A stretch of DNA of 62,266 nt, filler included, from Pirum gemmata (Eukaryota), in the NCBI GenBank assembly GCA_002812295.1. It is 21 parts of 21 records of this genome, joined end to end, with 100 filler letters (N's around TTAATTAATTAA, not from the genome) between each part and the next. Parts side by side here need not be neighbours in the genome. Positions count along the whole stretch, not along the records: positions 34,794 to 37,418 come from PDIN01005166.1; positions 37,519 to 39,473 come from PDIN01005167.1; positions 39,574 to 42,232 come from PDIN01005168.1; positions 42,333 to 45,795 come from PDIN01005169.1; positions 45,896 to 48,569 come from PDIN01005170.1; positions 48,670 to 51,316 come from PDIN01005171.1; 15 more parts are not named here. One strand, written 5' to 3'. The notes beneath the pieces were generated by a model. It ran no database searches, had not been told where the DNA came from, and saw only the letters and a program-made list of their open reading frames with translations. A program made the position numbers and the translations under genes. Shown in pieces: positions 36,715 to 49,229 of the stretch. How positions within the stretch are numbered: position 1 is the stretch's first letter; every line of letters begins with the position of its first letter.

Positions 36715-37316
36715 TTAACTATCTTGGGTAATGAGAGAACCATCCATGTCTTTTATTTCCACATTCTCATTTTCCAGTTCTTGTTTCAATCGTTTGGGAG
36801 TAGATAAATCTACATTTTCATCTAAAGGTCTTTTGTTATCCGTCTTGTCATTATCAGATTCATCATCAGGAGTTGCATCATAGTGACCATTCTTTTCTTC
36901 GGTGTCCTCTTCGTCACTATTTTTACTGCTACTATCTGTACCAGTAACATACTCAGCAGTACTATCCTCAACATCACCGTTCCCTTTTTGGTGAGAATTG
37001 GCTAGGACATCTTCGTTATCGCTCATACTGATATCAACCATATTAATAGTTGTTTCATCAGACTCCTCGTTCTCCAAATTATCACCATCATTACCATCAT
37101 TACCATCATCACCATCATCACCATCATCACCATCATCACCATCATCACCATCATCACCATCATCACCATCATCACCATTGTTGTGACTGCCATCTTGTTT
37201 TAAAAGTTTTTTAAGAGTTTTCCACTTCATGGCTAAACTTGCAGCTGTTCGGAATTTAAAGTTATATTCAGGATCATTTATGATTAAAGACCATCGACAA
37301 CCATGTTTCTTTATAG
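36715..37316 (-). CDS. Terminal exon with a telobox/TRF-like Myb domain and an acidic (GDD)n tail
   Basis: The frame extends upstream of the track's start: IKKHGCRWSLIINDPEYNFKFRTAASLAMKWKTLKK, resembling TRF Myb GVxKYGxxxWxxI...RTxxxLKDKWRxxxK. CTAAT branch, pyrimidine tract and TAG acceptor at 37319-37317. Confidence 0.7.
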
Positions 37317-37386
37317 CTACATTAATATAAATAAACCAACAAAAGAAAAGATTAGATACTGTTAAAAGAAGAGTAATAATAATGAT

Positions 37387-37418
<32 letters not shown>

Positions 37419-37529
37419 NNNNNNNNNNNNNNNNNNNNNNNNNNNNNNNNNNNNNNNNNNNNTTAATTAATTAANNNNNNNNNNNNNNNNNNNNNNNNNN
37501 NNNNNNNNNNNNNNNNNNTAATTATTGAA

Positions 37530-38180
37530 AAAAAAATTCCAATAATAATAATGGAAATAATGGAAAAAATGTCTTATTTACAAACGATTTACCAATGAAT
37601 TACAAAAATACCCTACAATTAGAAAAAATTATAAAAATAATCTTGTTTAACCAATAATAATTACCATATCTCATTGTTTTTTTGATTTATTTCAATTTAT
37701 TATCCAATATTCTTGTTTAACCAATAATAATTACCATATCCCCATATTTTACTAAATTCATTACTATTTTTTATTATTGCCTAATTTGAAAATTGTATAG
37801 AGATAACTCCAATAATGATAATGGAAATAATGGAAATTTGTCTTATTTACAAACGATTTGTACCAATAAATTACAAAAACACCTTACATATTTAGAAAAA
37901 TAATAGAAAAAAATATAAATTTATTCTTGTTTAACCAATAATAATTACCATATCTCATTGTTTTTTTGATTTATTTCAATTTATTATCCAATAATAATAA
38001 TGGAAATCTTGTAAAGTTTTAAAAAAAATAAATTTTCAAATTATTTATTACCTAATTTGGAAATTATATTAACGTTTTTGGAAATATCCCTTCATGTATA
38101 AAAAATCCCAATAAAATTTTAAAATTAATATTATTTTTGGAAAAAAACCCATATTTTACCAAATTCATTACTATTTTTAT
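37530..38180. repeat. Diverged AT-rich tandem repeat (~270-bp period with subrepeats)
   Basis: ccaataat.ataatggaaataatggaaa...gtcttatttacaaacgattt at ~37539 and ~37809; tcttgtttaaccaataataattaccatatc three times. Confidence 0.75.
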
Positions 38181-38297
38181 GAAATAAAACACCAAATTTG
38201 ATTGAAAATTCCAAAATTATACAATTAGTTACCATATTTAGAAAAAAGGATCCACTGGGCACGCAGGACCCTCAGAAGGCGACATATATATATAATA

Positions 38298-38762
38298 TCA
38301 ACACATTGTATTTACCATCATAAACATGATTGCCAAAGAACTCAACACAATATAAGTAGAAGCACTAGTACTATTTGTATAATTTTTTATAAAATAGTGA
38401 TCATTGTCACTTATAATTATAACGTATGAATATGATTAATAAAATCAAAATTACAAATGGCCATTACAATATTATTATTATTAACGTTAAAACATTAATT
38501 CTACACATAATATATAACTATTCATATTATATAATATTAATATCAACACATTGTATTATTTACCGCCATAACCATAATTCCCAAAGAACTAGATAAAACA
38601 TAACCAGTTGCACTACTTACATAAGCTTTAAAACTGTAAGTGTAATTATTATCATTTTCATCATCATAAATCCAAGCAGCTTCACAATCATCATTAGTTA
38701 AATTTTGAGCAGAAAACGAATAATAATCAGTTGTATTTCCAGTGCAATTAGCATTACTAAAA
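38298..38762 (-). pseudogene. Two partial 3' duplicates of the adjacent surface-protein gene
   Basis: 38543-38760 is a near-identical copy of SNANC...NTMC*. 38298-~38410 encodes a more diverged ...TNSTSASTYIVLSSLAIMFMMVNTMC*. Confidence 0.75.
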
Positions 38763-38788
38763 AGAGTCAATATTATATAATATTAATA

Positions 38789-39277
38789 TCAACACATTGT
38801 ATTTACCGCCATAACCATAATTCCCAAAGAACTAGATAAAACATAAGCAGATGCACTACTTACATAAGCTTTAAAACTAAAAGTGTAATTAGTATCATTT
38901 TCATCATCATAAACCCAAGCAGCTTGACAATCATCATTAGTTAAATTTTGAGCAGAAAACGAATAATAATCAGTGGCATTTCCAGTGCAATTAGCATTAC
39001 TATAAGTACTTAAAGAGCCAACATCACTTGTGCTATTATAATTTAAGTAAACAGAATAATCAGAATCTCCCGTGCACGTATACCCAGTTTTTGGGTTGTA
39101 GATATTTTGAGAATAATGAACAGAAGACCCTGTGCAATTTTGTGATTCTTTATAAAAATAAACGTTTAACGTATCATAACTTTCTCCGTTTATTGTTGTA
39201 CCCGCTTGGACGTTACTAATATTAATAGCAACGATGAAGAAAAGGGTTGGTAATTGGGATGCAATTGATGATTTCAT
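38789..39277 (-). CDS. Small secreted, probably GPI-anchored glycoprotein (162 aa)
   Basis: Signal peptide ending VQA-G, four Cys in the ectodomain, many NxS/T sites, SSAS followed by a hydrophobic C-terminal tail. Confidence 0.8.
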   Translation of the reverse strand: MKSSIASQLPTLFFIVAINISNVQAGTTINGESYDTLNVYFYKESQNCTGSSVHYSQNIYNPKTGYTCTGDSDYSVYLNYNSTSDVGSLSTYSNANCTGNATDYYSFSAQNLTNDDCQAAWVYDDENDTNYTFSFKAYVSSASAYVLSSSLGIMVMAVNTMC

Positions 39278-40948
39278 TTTTTTTATTTTTTTATTTTTTT
39301 ATTTTTTTATTTTTTATTTTTTTGTTTATTTTTTGTTATTTTATTTTTATTTTTATTTTATTTTATTATTTATTTATTTTATTTTATTTTATTTTATTTT
39401 ATTTTATTTTATTTTATTTTATTTTATTTTATTTATTTATTTATTTTATTTATTATTTATTATTACTATTACTNNNNNNNNNNNNNNNNNNNNNNNNNNN
39501 NNNNNNNNNNNNNNNNNTTAATTAATTAANNNNNNNNNNNNNNNNNNNNNNNNNNNNNNNNNNNNNNNNNNNNTTTTTTTTTGTGCAGATTCCCAATCAA
39601 AAATCTCGATTGCCGGAAGTAAGGCAATCCGATTTTAAAGTCATTTTTTGATTGCCGGAAGTAAGGCAATCCGATTTTAAAGTCATTCTTTGTCCCTTGA
39701 ATTCCCGATTTTGGGTGATTTTAAGGCTTTGAGCTAACAAATTTGAGTGAACCACCAATAATATCAAAATATCAAATGATCATCAAGCTAACTGTCTGAT
39801 CAGGGAGACCGATTAGGGGTCTTGATCAGGCCTGGCTGGCTGGGGCCAAGGCCTGGAGCTCTGGATGGCATACTATTGCATAGTTCTAGCTACTAACTAG
39901 CTAGTAGAGCTGTAGTATCATAGCTAGTAGCTTGACTATGTCTCGGTACCGGTAGACCCTGTCCAATTTTTTTTTGTTTGTGACAGGGCTAGCTAGAGAG
40001 AGTACTACTAGCTAGCTATCGAGATAGCCATCTTTGATAGTAGTAGGGGGCTGTAGTAGGGGGCTGTAGTAGGGGGCTGTAGTAGGGGGCATGGAGACAC
40101 CACACCGTCTACTAGCTAGCTAGCTAGCTAGGTTAGCTAAATGCTATCATAGCTACTACAAGCAACTAGAGCTAGCTCTAGCTAGACCCCACAAGTATCA
40201 TATAGTAATCATATTTATAGGGGCTATCGGTATATAATTATATGACACATATAATATTATCGATACTAATATTTCTACAAAAGAACAATACAAATTCTAA
40301 CCATGGTATTAATATGAAAAGTACAACAAGTCAAAACCAAATAATAAACAAATTATTAACAGATACCAAAGTATAATGAAACAAATCAACAAATTACAAC
40401 TATAAGTAACTTTATAACTGCTCCTCCTTTGCGGTCAAAGTAATTCGGGGTGGGAAATAGACCTAGTAGATAAAATTTCGAAACAAATATATTAATTAAT
40501 TAATATAATATGCTAATGCTTCATAATAATATCAAATGGCTATATTCAAGGTTAAATATTGATTTTAAGTTATTGTAATTTACAACGTTGAGGTATGTTG
40601 ATTATTTAATTAGCCCTTTCATCTTAATTAAGTTTATTAGACACCTATGAAATTGCAGTTGGTGGTATTTGGTGAAGCAATAACCCACACAATAACCCAA
40701 CAAAGTACTTTAAAAAAAACTACCATATTTGTAAATTAAGAGGAGTCATATATACCACTGGTCATAACGTCATTGTTTTTTCATTTGTTTTTTTATGAAA
40801 ATATGTGCCTAAAGTAAGTGTCTAACTAAAGAGTGTCTAACTAAAGAGTGTCTAAAGTATGTCTAATAAAGTATCAGTTACCTGTATCAGATACACAGCT
40901 GTCAAAATTTCAGAAATAGTCTTACCTCTCTATTATGAACCAATGGCC

Positions 40949-41013
<65 letters not shown>

Positions 41014-41014
41014 N

Positions 41015-41063
<49 letters not shown>

Positions 41064-41216
41064 GACGTCTAATATATCTGGCAAAAAAAAAAATCTGATG
41101 TAAATACATGGGATTGAAATCCTGCCACAGGAATGGTTGATTTTTTGCTGTTGATCTCAAGTTGTCATGAAAGATTTTTTCCAGCGAATTATTTTTTAAA
41201 ATCCTTTATAAATTAA

Positions 41217-41800
41217 CAGCTAGCTAGTCTACCTAGCTAGCTAGCCAGTAGGACTTTTAGCTACTAGCTAGCTAGACCCCAGGGCCTAGCTAGTAGCTAT
41301 CACAGGTTTTAGTAGATCACAGGTTAGGCTTAGGGCTATCTAGCTAGAGCTAGCTAGCTATGCATAGTATGATTAGTCTAGTAGTAGCTAGGCTACTAGC
41401 TAGTATGATAGTATCTGATAGCTACTGTAGCTAGTAGCTAGCTAGCTATCATAGCTCTAGCTAGCTAGTAGATTGAGTAGACAGAGTAGCAAAGCTATCA
41501 TAAAGAATGGACTACTACTAGCTAGTAGCTAGCTAGCTAGCTAGCTAATAGTAGGTATTGATAGTAGTATCAGATAGTAAGTAGCTAGCTAGCTAGTAGT
41601 ATGATAGGGTAATATATATATCGAAGATCCATCAAAATAAATAATATATCTTATAAAGAAGTGGTCTTCGATATATATATTACCAGTATGATAGTAGTAT
41701 CGATAATAAGTATCATAGCTAGCTAGCTAGCTAGCTAGTAGTAGGTAGCTGGCTAGCTAGTAGTATGATAGCAATAAGTAGCTAGCTAGTGTAGCTATAT
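41217..41800. repeat. Longest AGCT/CTAG-rich low-complexity mosaic
   Basis: Non-periodic concatenation of tagc, tagt, tatcatag, gtatgatag and tagac words. Similar patches occur at ~3020-3270, ~15390-15620, 24.2-28 kb and ~39880-40190. Confidence 0.85.
41608..41684. mobile_element. 77-bp hairpin mini-element (20-bp inverted ends GGTAATATATATATCGAAGA)
   Basis: ggtaatatatatatcgaaga ... tcttcgatatatatattacc, embedded in AGCT-rich DNA. Confidence 0.6.
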
Positions 41801-42201
41801 GATGATATGATTATGATAGTAGATTCTCACAGCCGTGACTTTCTCCACTCATCTGACTGATTCTCCTTTCTTTCAGGAATTTTTTTCAAGAATGTCTTTG
41901 AAGTCTTTGAAAAAGTAGATAACGTTTGTAGATTTGTAGAACTGCAATTGTTTGTAGGTGTGTTTGTCTACTCTAGTAGTCTAGTTGTGTTTGTCTGGTT
42001 ATAGGACTTTTGTAGGTTATCTTTAGTTAGTAAGACTTCATAAGTCATCTGCAAATTCTACCGTCTCCCATGTTGGCAATCAATCTGACAATAAATAAAT
42101 AAAAAAGCAAGCAAATAAATAAATAAATTAAAAAACAAAACAAAACCAACCAACCAACAAATAATAGTAAATAAATAAATAGTAAGTAAATAAATAAAAA
42201 T

Positions 42202-42232
<31 letters not shown>

Positions 42233-42332
42233 NNNNNNNNNNNNNNNNNNNNNNNNNNNNNNNNNNNNNNNNNNNNTTAATTAATTAANNNNNNNNNNNN
42301 NNNNNNNNNNNNNNNNNNNNNNNNNNNNNNNN

Positions 42333-42664
42333 TATCCATTTAAAGGTTATATCCGACCAAATAAATATTCAAAGTGACGGATCATAAGACCTATTATGAA
42401 ACAAATTATGGATATAATTTTGGGTCCGAATAACAAATGGGTAGCATATGTCAATTGGGTATGAATAAATTTTCCCTTTCAAACAAGACATTTTTTCTAT
42501 AGACCACATTCTTCTTTTCACTTACAACATACCAAATAAACATATGCTACCCATTTGTTATTCGGTACCAAAATTATATTCATAATAAAATTTTGACTCA
42601 TAATAGGTCTTATGATCCGTCACTTTGAATATTTATTTGGTCGGATATAACCTTTAAATGGATA
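42333..42664. repeat. Long inverted repeat (~120-bp arms) whose outer arms derive from MITE family A
   Basis: tatccatttaaaggttatatccgaccaaataaatattcaaagtgacggatcataagacctattatga and its exact reverse complement ending at 42664; inner arms ccgaataacaaatgggtagcatatg. Confidence 0.85.
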
Positions 42665-43299
42665 CTTTTAAACGAATAAATAAATAAATAAAATATACCA
42701 AATTAAATAAAATGAACTTATATTGTATTTATTTGGTACTCTTTATTGTATATTTAAAATGATGACAAAACAACAGTTACTTGAGAAAAGGCTAAAAAGC
42801 GTTATTCGGAACCAAAATTATATCCATAATTTGACTCTATGAGCATACTGGTTGTTGGTGGCATGTAATGCTAGCTAGCTAGCTAGGATCATGACCTGCT
42901 CAAGGCTAATTATAAGTACATTGGCTCTTTTGTGGGTTAGTCTATTGAAAGTACGTGTAAAACTTAATTCAACCTATGGTAATAAGGTGAGATTTTTGGC
43001 TTTTTTTTGTCTTCTTTTCAATTTGTAGACCTTAGACTATTCAAAAGAAAAAGAAAAACACAAAATAAAATAATCAACTATCATAAAACATAAAACGACA
43101 TGAAAACAAAACAAAATCAGAAATAAAATATATATGTAATAATATTATAATTAAATTTTGTAATAACGATAAAAATAAAAAATTGGGTTTCATAAATAAA
43201 AATTTCTAAGGTTTTTTTTTTTCTCAGATTTTTTTTTTTTGTTTGCTTGATTGGGAGGCTGAACAATTTTTCTGACTTTTTCAATGGGGTAGAATTTTT

Positions 43300-43614
43300 G
43301 GGTTAGGGTTAGGGTTAGGGTTAGGGTTAGGGTTAGAGTTAGTTAGGTGTTATAAAATTAGGGACTATTAGGGTTAGTTTTATGTGCGTTGGTTGTTAGG
43401 GATTACTCTATTATGAACCAATGACTAGCCTTTAAAAATAATTGGGCTAGTTATAATTAAAGGTTTTTAGAAAAGAAACTAAAGAAAATGATTTCTATAG
43501 TTTTATCCGGCTTGGCTGTTAATATAATATATCTGCGTAAGTAAGAAAACCCTAACCCTAACCCTAACCCTAACCCTAACCCTAACCCTAACCCCTAACC
43601 CCTAACCCTAACCC
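43300..43614. repeat. Convergent telomeric arrays: (TTAGGG)n at 43300-43345 and (CCCTAA)n at 43550-43614
   Basis: Direct reading. The spacer contains a fragment of MITE family G (ctctattatgaaccaatg...ttatccggcttggctgttaa). Confidence 0.85.
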
Positions 43615-44893
43615 TTTTAAAAAAATAAATATAGGATTTCAAAGTCTTATTTTTATGGTTTATATTACTAAATATGTTGAAAAGTCTTACATTTACTTAA
43701 TATGGTTCTTAAATAACGTTTTATGGTATTTATTATATATAAATTATTATTATTTTAAAAAAGAGCCTACATATTTGGCAACTTCTTTTTTGAGGTAAAA
43801 ACGCACAAATAAAGATAGTATGAGTGAAGGTGAGAGTATCACTTTGCTATTTTATGATAATACTTTTCAGTTGTTTTGTCAAACAATAAAGAGTACCAAA
43901 TTAATACAATATAAATCCATTTAATTTAATTTGCTATATCTTATTATTTATTTATTTTGATTTAAAAATATCAATTTAAAGGTTATAACCTACCAAATAA
44001 ATATGCAGGGGTGACAAAATAAATGAAAAGCACAATAATATAAATATTGAGATATATTATATAATAACACGTGACTTACAAAAGTTACAAGGTTTTAATG
44101 TTTTATGTTTATTTATGGTCATTATTTATATAAATTTAAAAATAATTGTAAATAAAAGTAAAGGTGATTGTCATTTGTAAGTGCCAAGTTCTAGACTTCT
44201 TCTTCTTCTTCTTCTTTTTTTTTTTTTATACAATACTCTGAACAGGTCCTTCTGAACAACAACAACCAGCTGCTTCCAAGTAGCTAACGACTTGAATGCG
44301 TGCATCAAATATAATTAAACTTAAAACCAACTTCTTTCTTTCTTTCTTAATTAATTAATTAAAGCACAAAAAGTACTAGTATCAAAAAATTAACACACTT
44401 ATTTTTGCCTCTACTATCTCCTCCTTTATTTATTTATTCACAAGCAATTAATAAAAATGTTAATTATTATTACAATTATGATATGTAGTTATAATAAAAT
44501 AAAATAAAAAGACTACTAATAATTACTATCAGTAATATATTATCATAATATAACTCTCAAAGTTACTCTTGCCAATATGTAACTTCATCTAATACTTCGT
44601 AGTCTTTGAACATGTTAAACTGAATAACTGCACCAAGTATAATCAAACTTATAATCAACTTCTTTTAATTTTAATTAAAAAACACAAAAAGTACTAGTAT
44701 CAAAAAATTAATTAAAACACACTCATTTAGCCTCTACTGTCTTCTCCTTTATTTATTTATTTACAAACAATTCATAAAAATGTTAACGATTATTATTATT
44801 ATTATTATTATTACGTTTATGATATTATGTAATAAAAATAAATAAAAAGACTACTAATAATACATTAAAGCTACCAATACTGCAATATACTAC

Positions 44894-45121
44894 TAGGGGT
44901 GAGATATCTACTGGAACTTTTTTCGAACAGATGCTTATCGAGCCAACCTTAGTTCCGTGTTTCTTACTAATAATAGCAGTTAAAAAGCTTAAAATAGTAA
45001 ATCTAATATATTAGATACCAATTAAAGTAATAATATTAACATTAATAGTAATAAAATCATAAAAATCGGAAAAGTTCTGGTAGCTGTTCGGTAATAATAA
45101 AATGACGTAATCTCACCCCTA
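44894..45121. mobile_element. MITE family H (TIR TAGGGGTGAGAT), possibly hAT-like
   Basis: taggggtgagat ... atctcaccccta; single copy seen. Confidence 0.55.
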
Positions 45122-47198
45122 CTNATTTGGGTATTTTTGACTTTGGTTAAAAACCTTTAATACAGTTTTTGGTAATGAGCTCTAAAATATGAGGTAAATG
45201 CGGATGACGTCATTACAATAAAACAATATATCCCTATATATGGAACCAGATGTGCGTCTTTCGGTCCTTTCCTATATATATATATATATATATTCGATAT
45301 AGTGCTTTTCAGTTGTTTTGTCATCATAAATATACAATAAATTGTACAAAATTAATGCAATTTAAATCCTTTTAATTTAATTTGGTATATTTTATTATTT
45401 ATTTATTGATTTAAAAAATGTCAATTTAAAGATTACAACCCTCCAAATAAATATTCAGAGAAACAAAATAAATGAAAAGCACGATATATATACTATAGTT
45501 GAAATAATATGATATGTCTCGACCACTCTTGTTAATTACATGTATAGTAATATTATTAATAAAAAAAGAAATTTCAACTTTTCTCACCCACTCCCCCCCC
45601 TGCTCCTCAAATAATATTAACTTTTTCTGTTTTGGTTTTGGTTTTTGGTTTTTGGTTTTTGGTTTGGTTTTGGTTTTGGTTTTGGATATTAATATTTATA
45701 CGATATTGTTGTTATATAATTATATATATAACATATATAATAACAACAATGACAACAATAACAACAATGACAACAATAACAACAATAACAACAATNNNNN
45801 NNNNNNNNNNNNNNNNNNNNNNNNNNNNNNNNNNNNNNNTTAATTAATTAANNNNNNNNNNNNNNNNNNNNNNNNNNNNNNNNNNNNNNNNNNNNTATTA
45901 TTATATTATATTATTTATTAGTGGATCATCAGTATTGTACAAAAAAAAAAATAGAAAACCAAACTGTTCTTGAATAAGGTTGTGTGGTTATCTTCTGAAA
46001 TTTTCTGTTTTTTGTTTTTCGTTTTTTTTATTTTGTTTGAAACTTATTGTTAACTGACTTTATTTTTCTTCCAAAAGTAATATTGATTAATTAACAATTT
46101 GTTAATTATTAGTATCTACTCATTAATACCTTAACCAAACCACACATGCATATCATTGTTGTACAGTTAATTCTAGAAAATTAATATTAATTAATTAATA
46201 TTATAAATATGATTTATACGATAATATTGTGCTAGTTATTCTACCCGTTAACGTAAACTAATTAAATAACCAGTGAATAATATGTACATACACAAAACAA
46301 TTTTAAGTTTTAATTGAGTAATTTCAATATTTAACAAAATTCAATTTTTAATGAAGGAGAGGTAGAGGTCCACTAATTATCTAGAACACAAAGTAGTAAA
46401 TCTACCATAGCATAAGTGATGGTAAACTGAGTCTTAAAAATTTAAAATTTTTAACTGACGGATAATAATTTTTCTATTTTTTTAGGATAATTTTTACCAT
46501 CATGATATTATTGTTCTTTTCATTTGTTTTGTCACTCTGAATATTTATTTTGTTGGTTATAATATTTAAATTGATATTTTTAAATTAATAATTAGATTAT
46601 TAAAAATATACCAAATTAAATAAAATGGATTTATATTATATTGATTTGGTACTCTTTATTGTATATTTTATGATGACAAAACAACTGAAAAGCACGATAT
46701 TATGACATCAAAGATAATAAAATGTTTTTTGTACAACTATATTTTTTACAAATGTTATGTTTTTTTTTTTTAATTATTATAATATTATTTTTTTTTAAAA
46801 AATTATTATTATTATTTAGTTTCTTGTGGGTCTTGCCGTCACTTATAATAAATTTACTGGAGATTTACTACTTTGTGTTCTATTATTGGATGGCATCCAA
46901 TTATATGCTTCCTTATAACTAATATATATATAGTTGGTTGTCTATAAATTATTAATAACCAAGGGTTGGAGGTATGGTACATTATTGGATGACTTCCAAT
47001 TATATTTCCTTATAATAATATGGTTGGATTCCAATTATATTTACGTATAATAATATGGTTGGTACTTTATTATTGAAAACCAATCAACAACGATTTGTCA
47101 ATTTTGGGGCTGCTAGCAACAGGGAGCCAGCTGAGTACAGCACAAAAACTCTTGGGACTGCGTCTTCCAGTGGACAGTCAATGGAAAATAATAAACAT

Positions 47199-47250
<52 letters not shown>

Positions 47251-47265
47251 GTATAAATAATAAAT

Positions 47266-47328
<63 letters not shown>

Positions 47329-47510
47329 AAAGACAAAAAATAAAACAAAATAACAATAACTATTACAATAAAATACATTAAAAGAAATATTTAAGTTTAT
47401 AATATTTTATTTATTAGATAACTTTATTAAGTAGAAAACATACATACTACTAAAGCAAATCATAAACAGAGCCATTCAAAGATATTATATCTAAATTTAA
47501 TTTGAACAAA

Positions 47511-48056
47511 ATGGAAAAAACCAACAAAACAAAGGGAATTAATAAGAGATATTCCTATTCAGCTGCTTCCCGAAAAATTTCAAAGTTTGTACCCGAAAAG
47601 CTGTCGCTGAAAAAGCAAACTTCACAACCACGGCGTAGTACCAAATTTTTAGAATTTTATTTTCTAGATCTTCCTGACATCCTAGAGAGAAAGAAAACTA
47701 AAAAAGCAACTTACCGTGAAATCCCAAGCATTGATGTATACTTGACTTATTCCCCTAACAAAAACAACAATAGCAACAATATTGATATTAATAACAATAT
47801 AAGAAGCAACAACAATAATAACAACGGTAATACGAAAAAAAGAAGAATATTTTTTAATGAAAACATTGAAATTAACGAAACATATAAATTTTGTACTGGG
47901 TATTTTTCAGAGTACGACAGGCGTTGCAAAATGAGTTTAAATTTTTCTAAACAACAAAAGGAATTGATCGAAGCAGAGCTAAAAGAACTCAGAGCAGAAT
48001 TGTTTCCTGATGGAAATTTTTATGGTATCGCTGTTATAACTAGATGCAAAAAATAA
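47511..48056 (+). CDS. Small PP1-regulator-like protein (Bni4/Phactr/neurabin-type C-terminal motif)
   Basis: KKRRIFFNENIEINETY...SEYDRR...QQKELIEAELKELRAEL resembles the RVxF-PhiPhi-Arg docking string (RKIxF...TY...YDRR...IxxELN) of Bni4/Phactr/neurabin. First ATG at 47511. Confidence 0.6.
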   Translation: MEKTNKTKGINKRYSYSAASRKISKFVPEKLSLKKQTSQPRRSTKFLEFYFLDLPDILERKKTKKATYREIPSIDVYLTYSPNKNNNSNNIDINNNIRSNNNNNNGNTKKRRIFFNENIEINETYKFCTGYFSEYDRRCKMSLNFSKQQKELIEAELKELRAELFPDGNFYGIAVITRCKK

Positions 48057-48511
48057 TAAAATATTAATAATCAGAATAATAATACTAATTAAATTTATAT
48101 TAAAAATATCAATAATAATAATAAAGAATAAAAGCCCTTTCTATTAGAAATTTATTCAAAACATAGTAGGGTAAAGGTAATTGTTAAGGTAACAGGTAAG
48201 GTCAGGGTCGGTTAGAGACTGTTAGTGTTAGGGTTAGGATTATATTAGGGTCAATTACTCAATAAAAGTTAAAAATAATGTATAGCTTCTATAATGCTTT
48301 GCTATTTTAAATGAACCGATCAACACTTAGTGAACTTCAAATTATTAATAATTAATGCTAATTATGATATACACGTAATTTTTTAGAAAATCTTGTTAAT
48401 AATAATTGGAGGGTAAGGGTTAGTTCGAATTGATAAATATAATAGTAATGGAGTAAGGGTTAGTTCGAATTGATAAATGTAATAGTAATAACAATTAAAT
48501 ATTATAATAAA

Positions 48512-48558
<47 letters not shown>

Positions 48559-49229
48559 GATTAATATTANNNNNNNNNNNNNNNNNNNNNNNNNNNNNNN
48601 NNNNNNNNNNNNNTTAATTAATTAANNNNNNNNNNNNNNNNNNNNNNNNNNNNNNNNNNNNNNNNNNNNTAATAATAGTAATAATAATAGTAATAATGAA
48701 CATTTTAATTTTTCGAATAGTAAAAAAGAAAATGACGATGATAATAATAAGCAAAAACCTGTTTTAAAGGTTGGTACTTGTTCCGCTCTGCCCGAATACA
48801 AAAGTAGAGCAATAAGTTTATTGCAACAGTTTTATTTATTAGAAAATACATCGGCGCCAAACCCCAAATGCAAGAAACATAGAAGCTTATAATTTTTTTT
48901 TTTTCCTAATGTACTATATGATGATTGTAAAAATGCTTTTTGAGAAATTGTTGTTAGTGTTAATGTTGAAAATATGAAGAAGGGTTAAATTTATTTATTT
49001 TTTTATTTTTTTTAATTTTTGGGTCAGCGTTAAGGTTAGAATTAACGTTAGGGTCGGGGTTGGGGTTAGGATTGTTCATTTTAAAATTGCGTCACATGTA
49101 TGATTATTTCCATACATATCATTAATAACATTACCCGCATCAGTTTTCTTACACGATGATTGGGCGGCTATTTCAGGGTTATTTCAATTATTATTATTAT
49201 TATTATTTAATTAGGATTTTGTTATTGGT

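Noticed and set aside
40951..41061. poly(T)-N-poly(A) giant hairpin
   Set aside because: Two homopolymer contig ends joined by a single N; most likely a scaffolding artefact.
41830..42090. Coding-like minus-strand segment after an AG acceptor
   Set aside because: Multiple stops in all frames and no identifiable family; used only as an example of filler insertion.
47055..47381. Short GC-richer island possibly representing an exon
   Set aside because: No recognisable motif in any frame, and the rest of the ORF is (AAT)n and poly(A).
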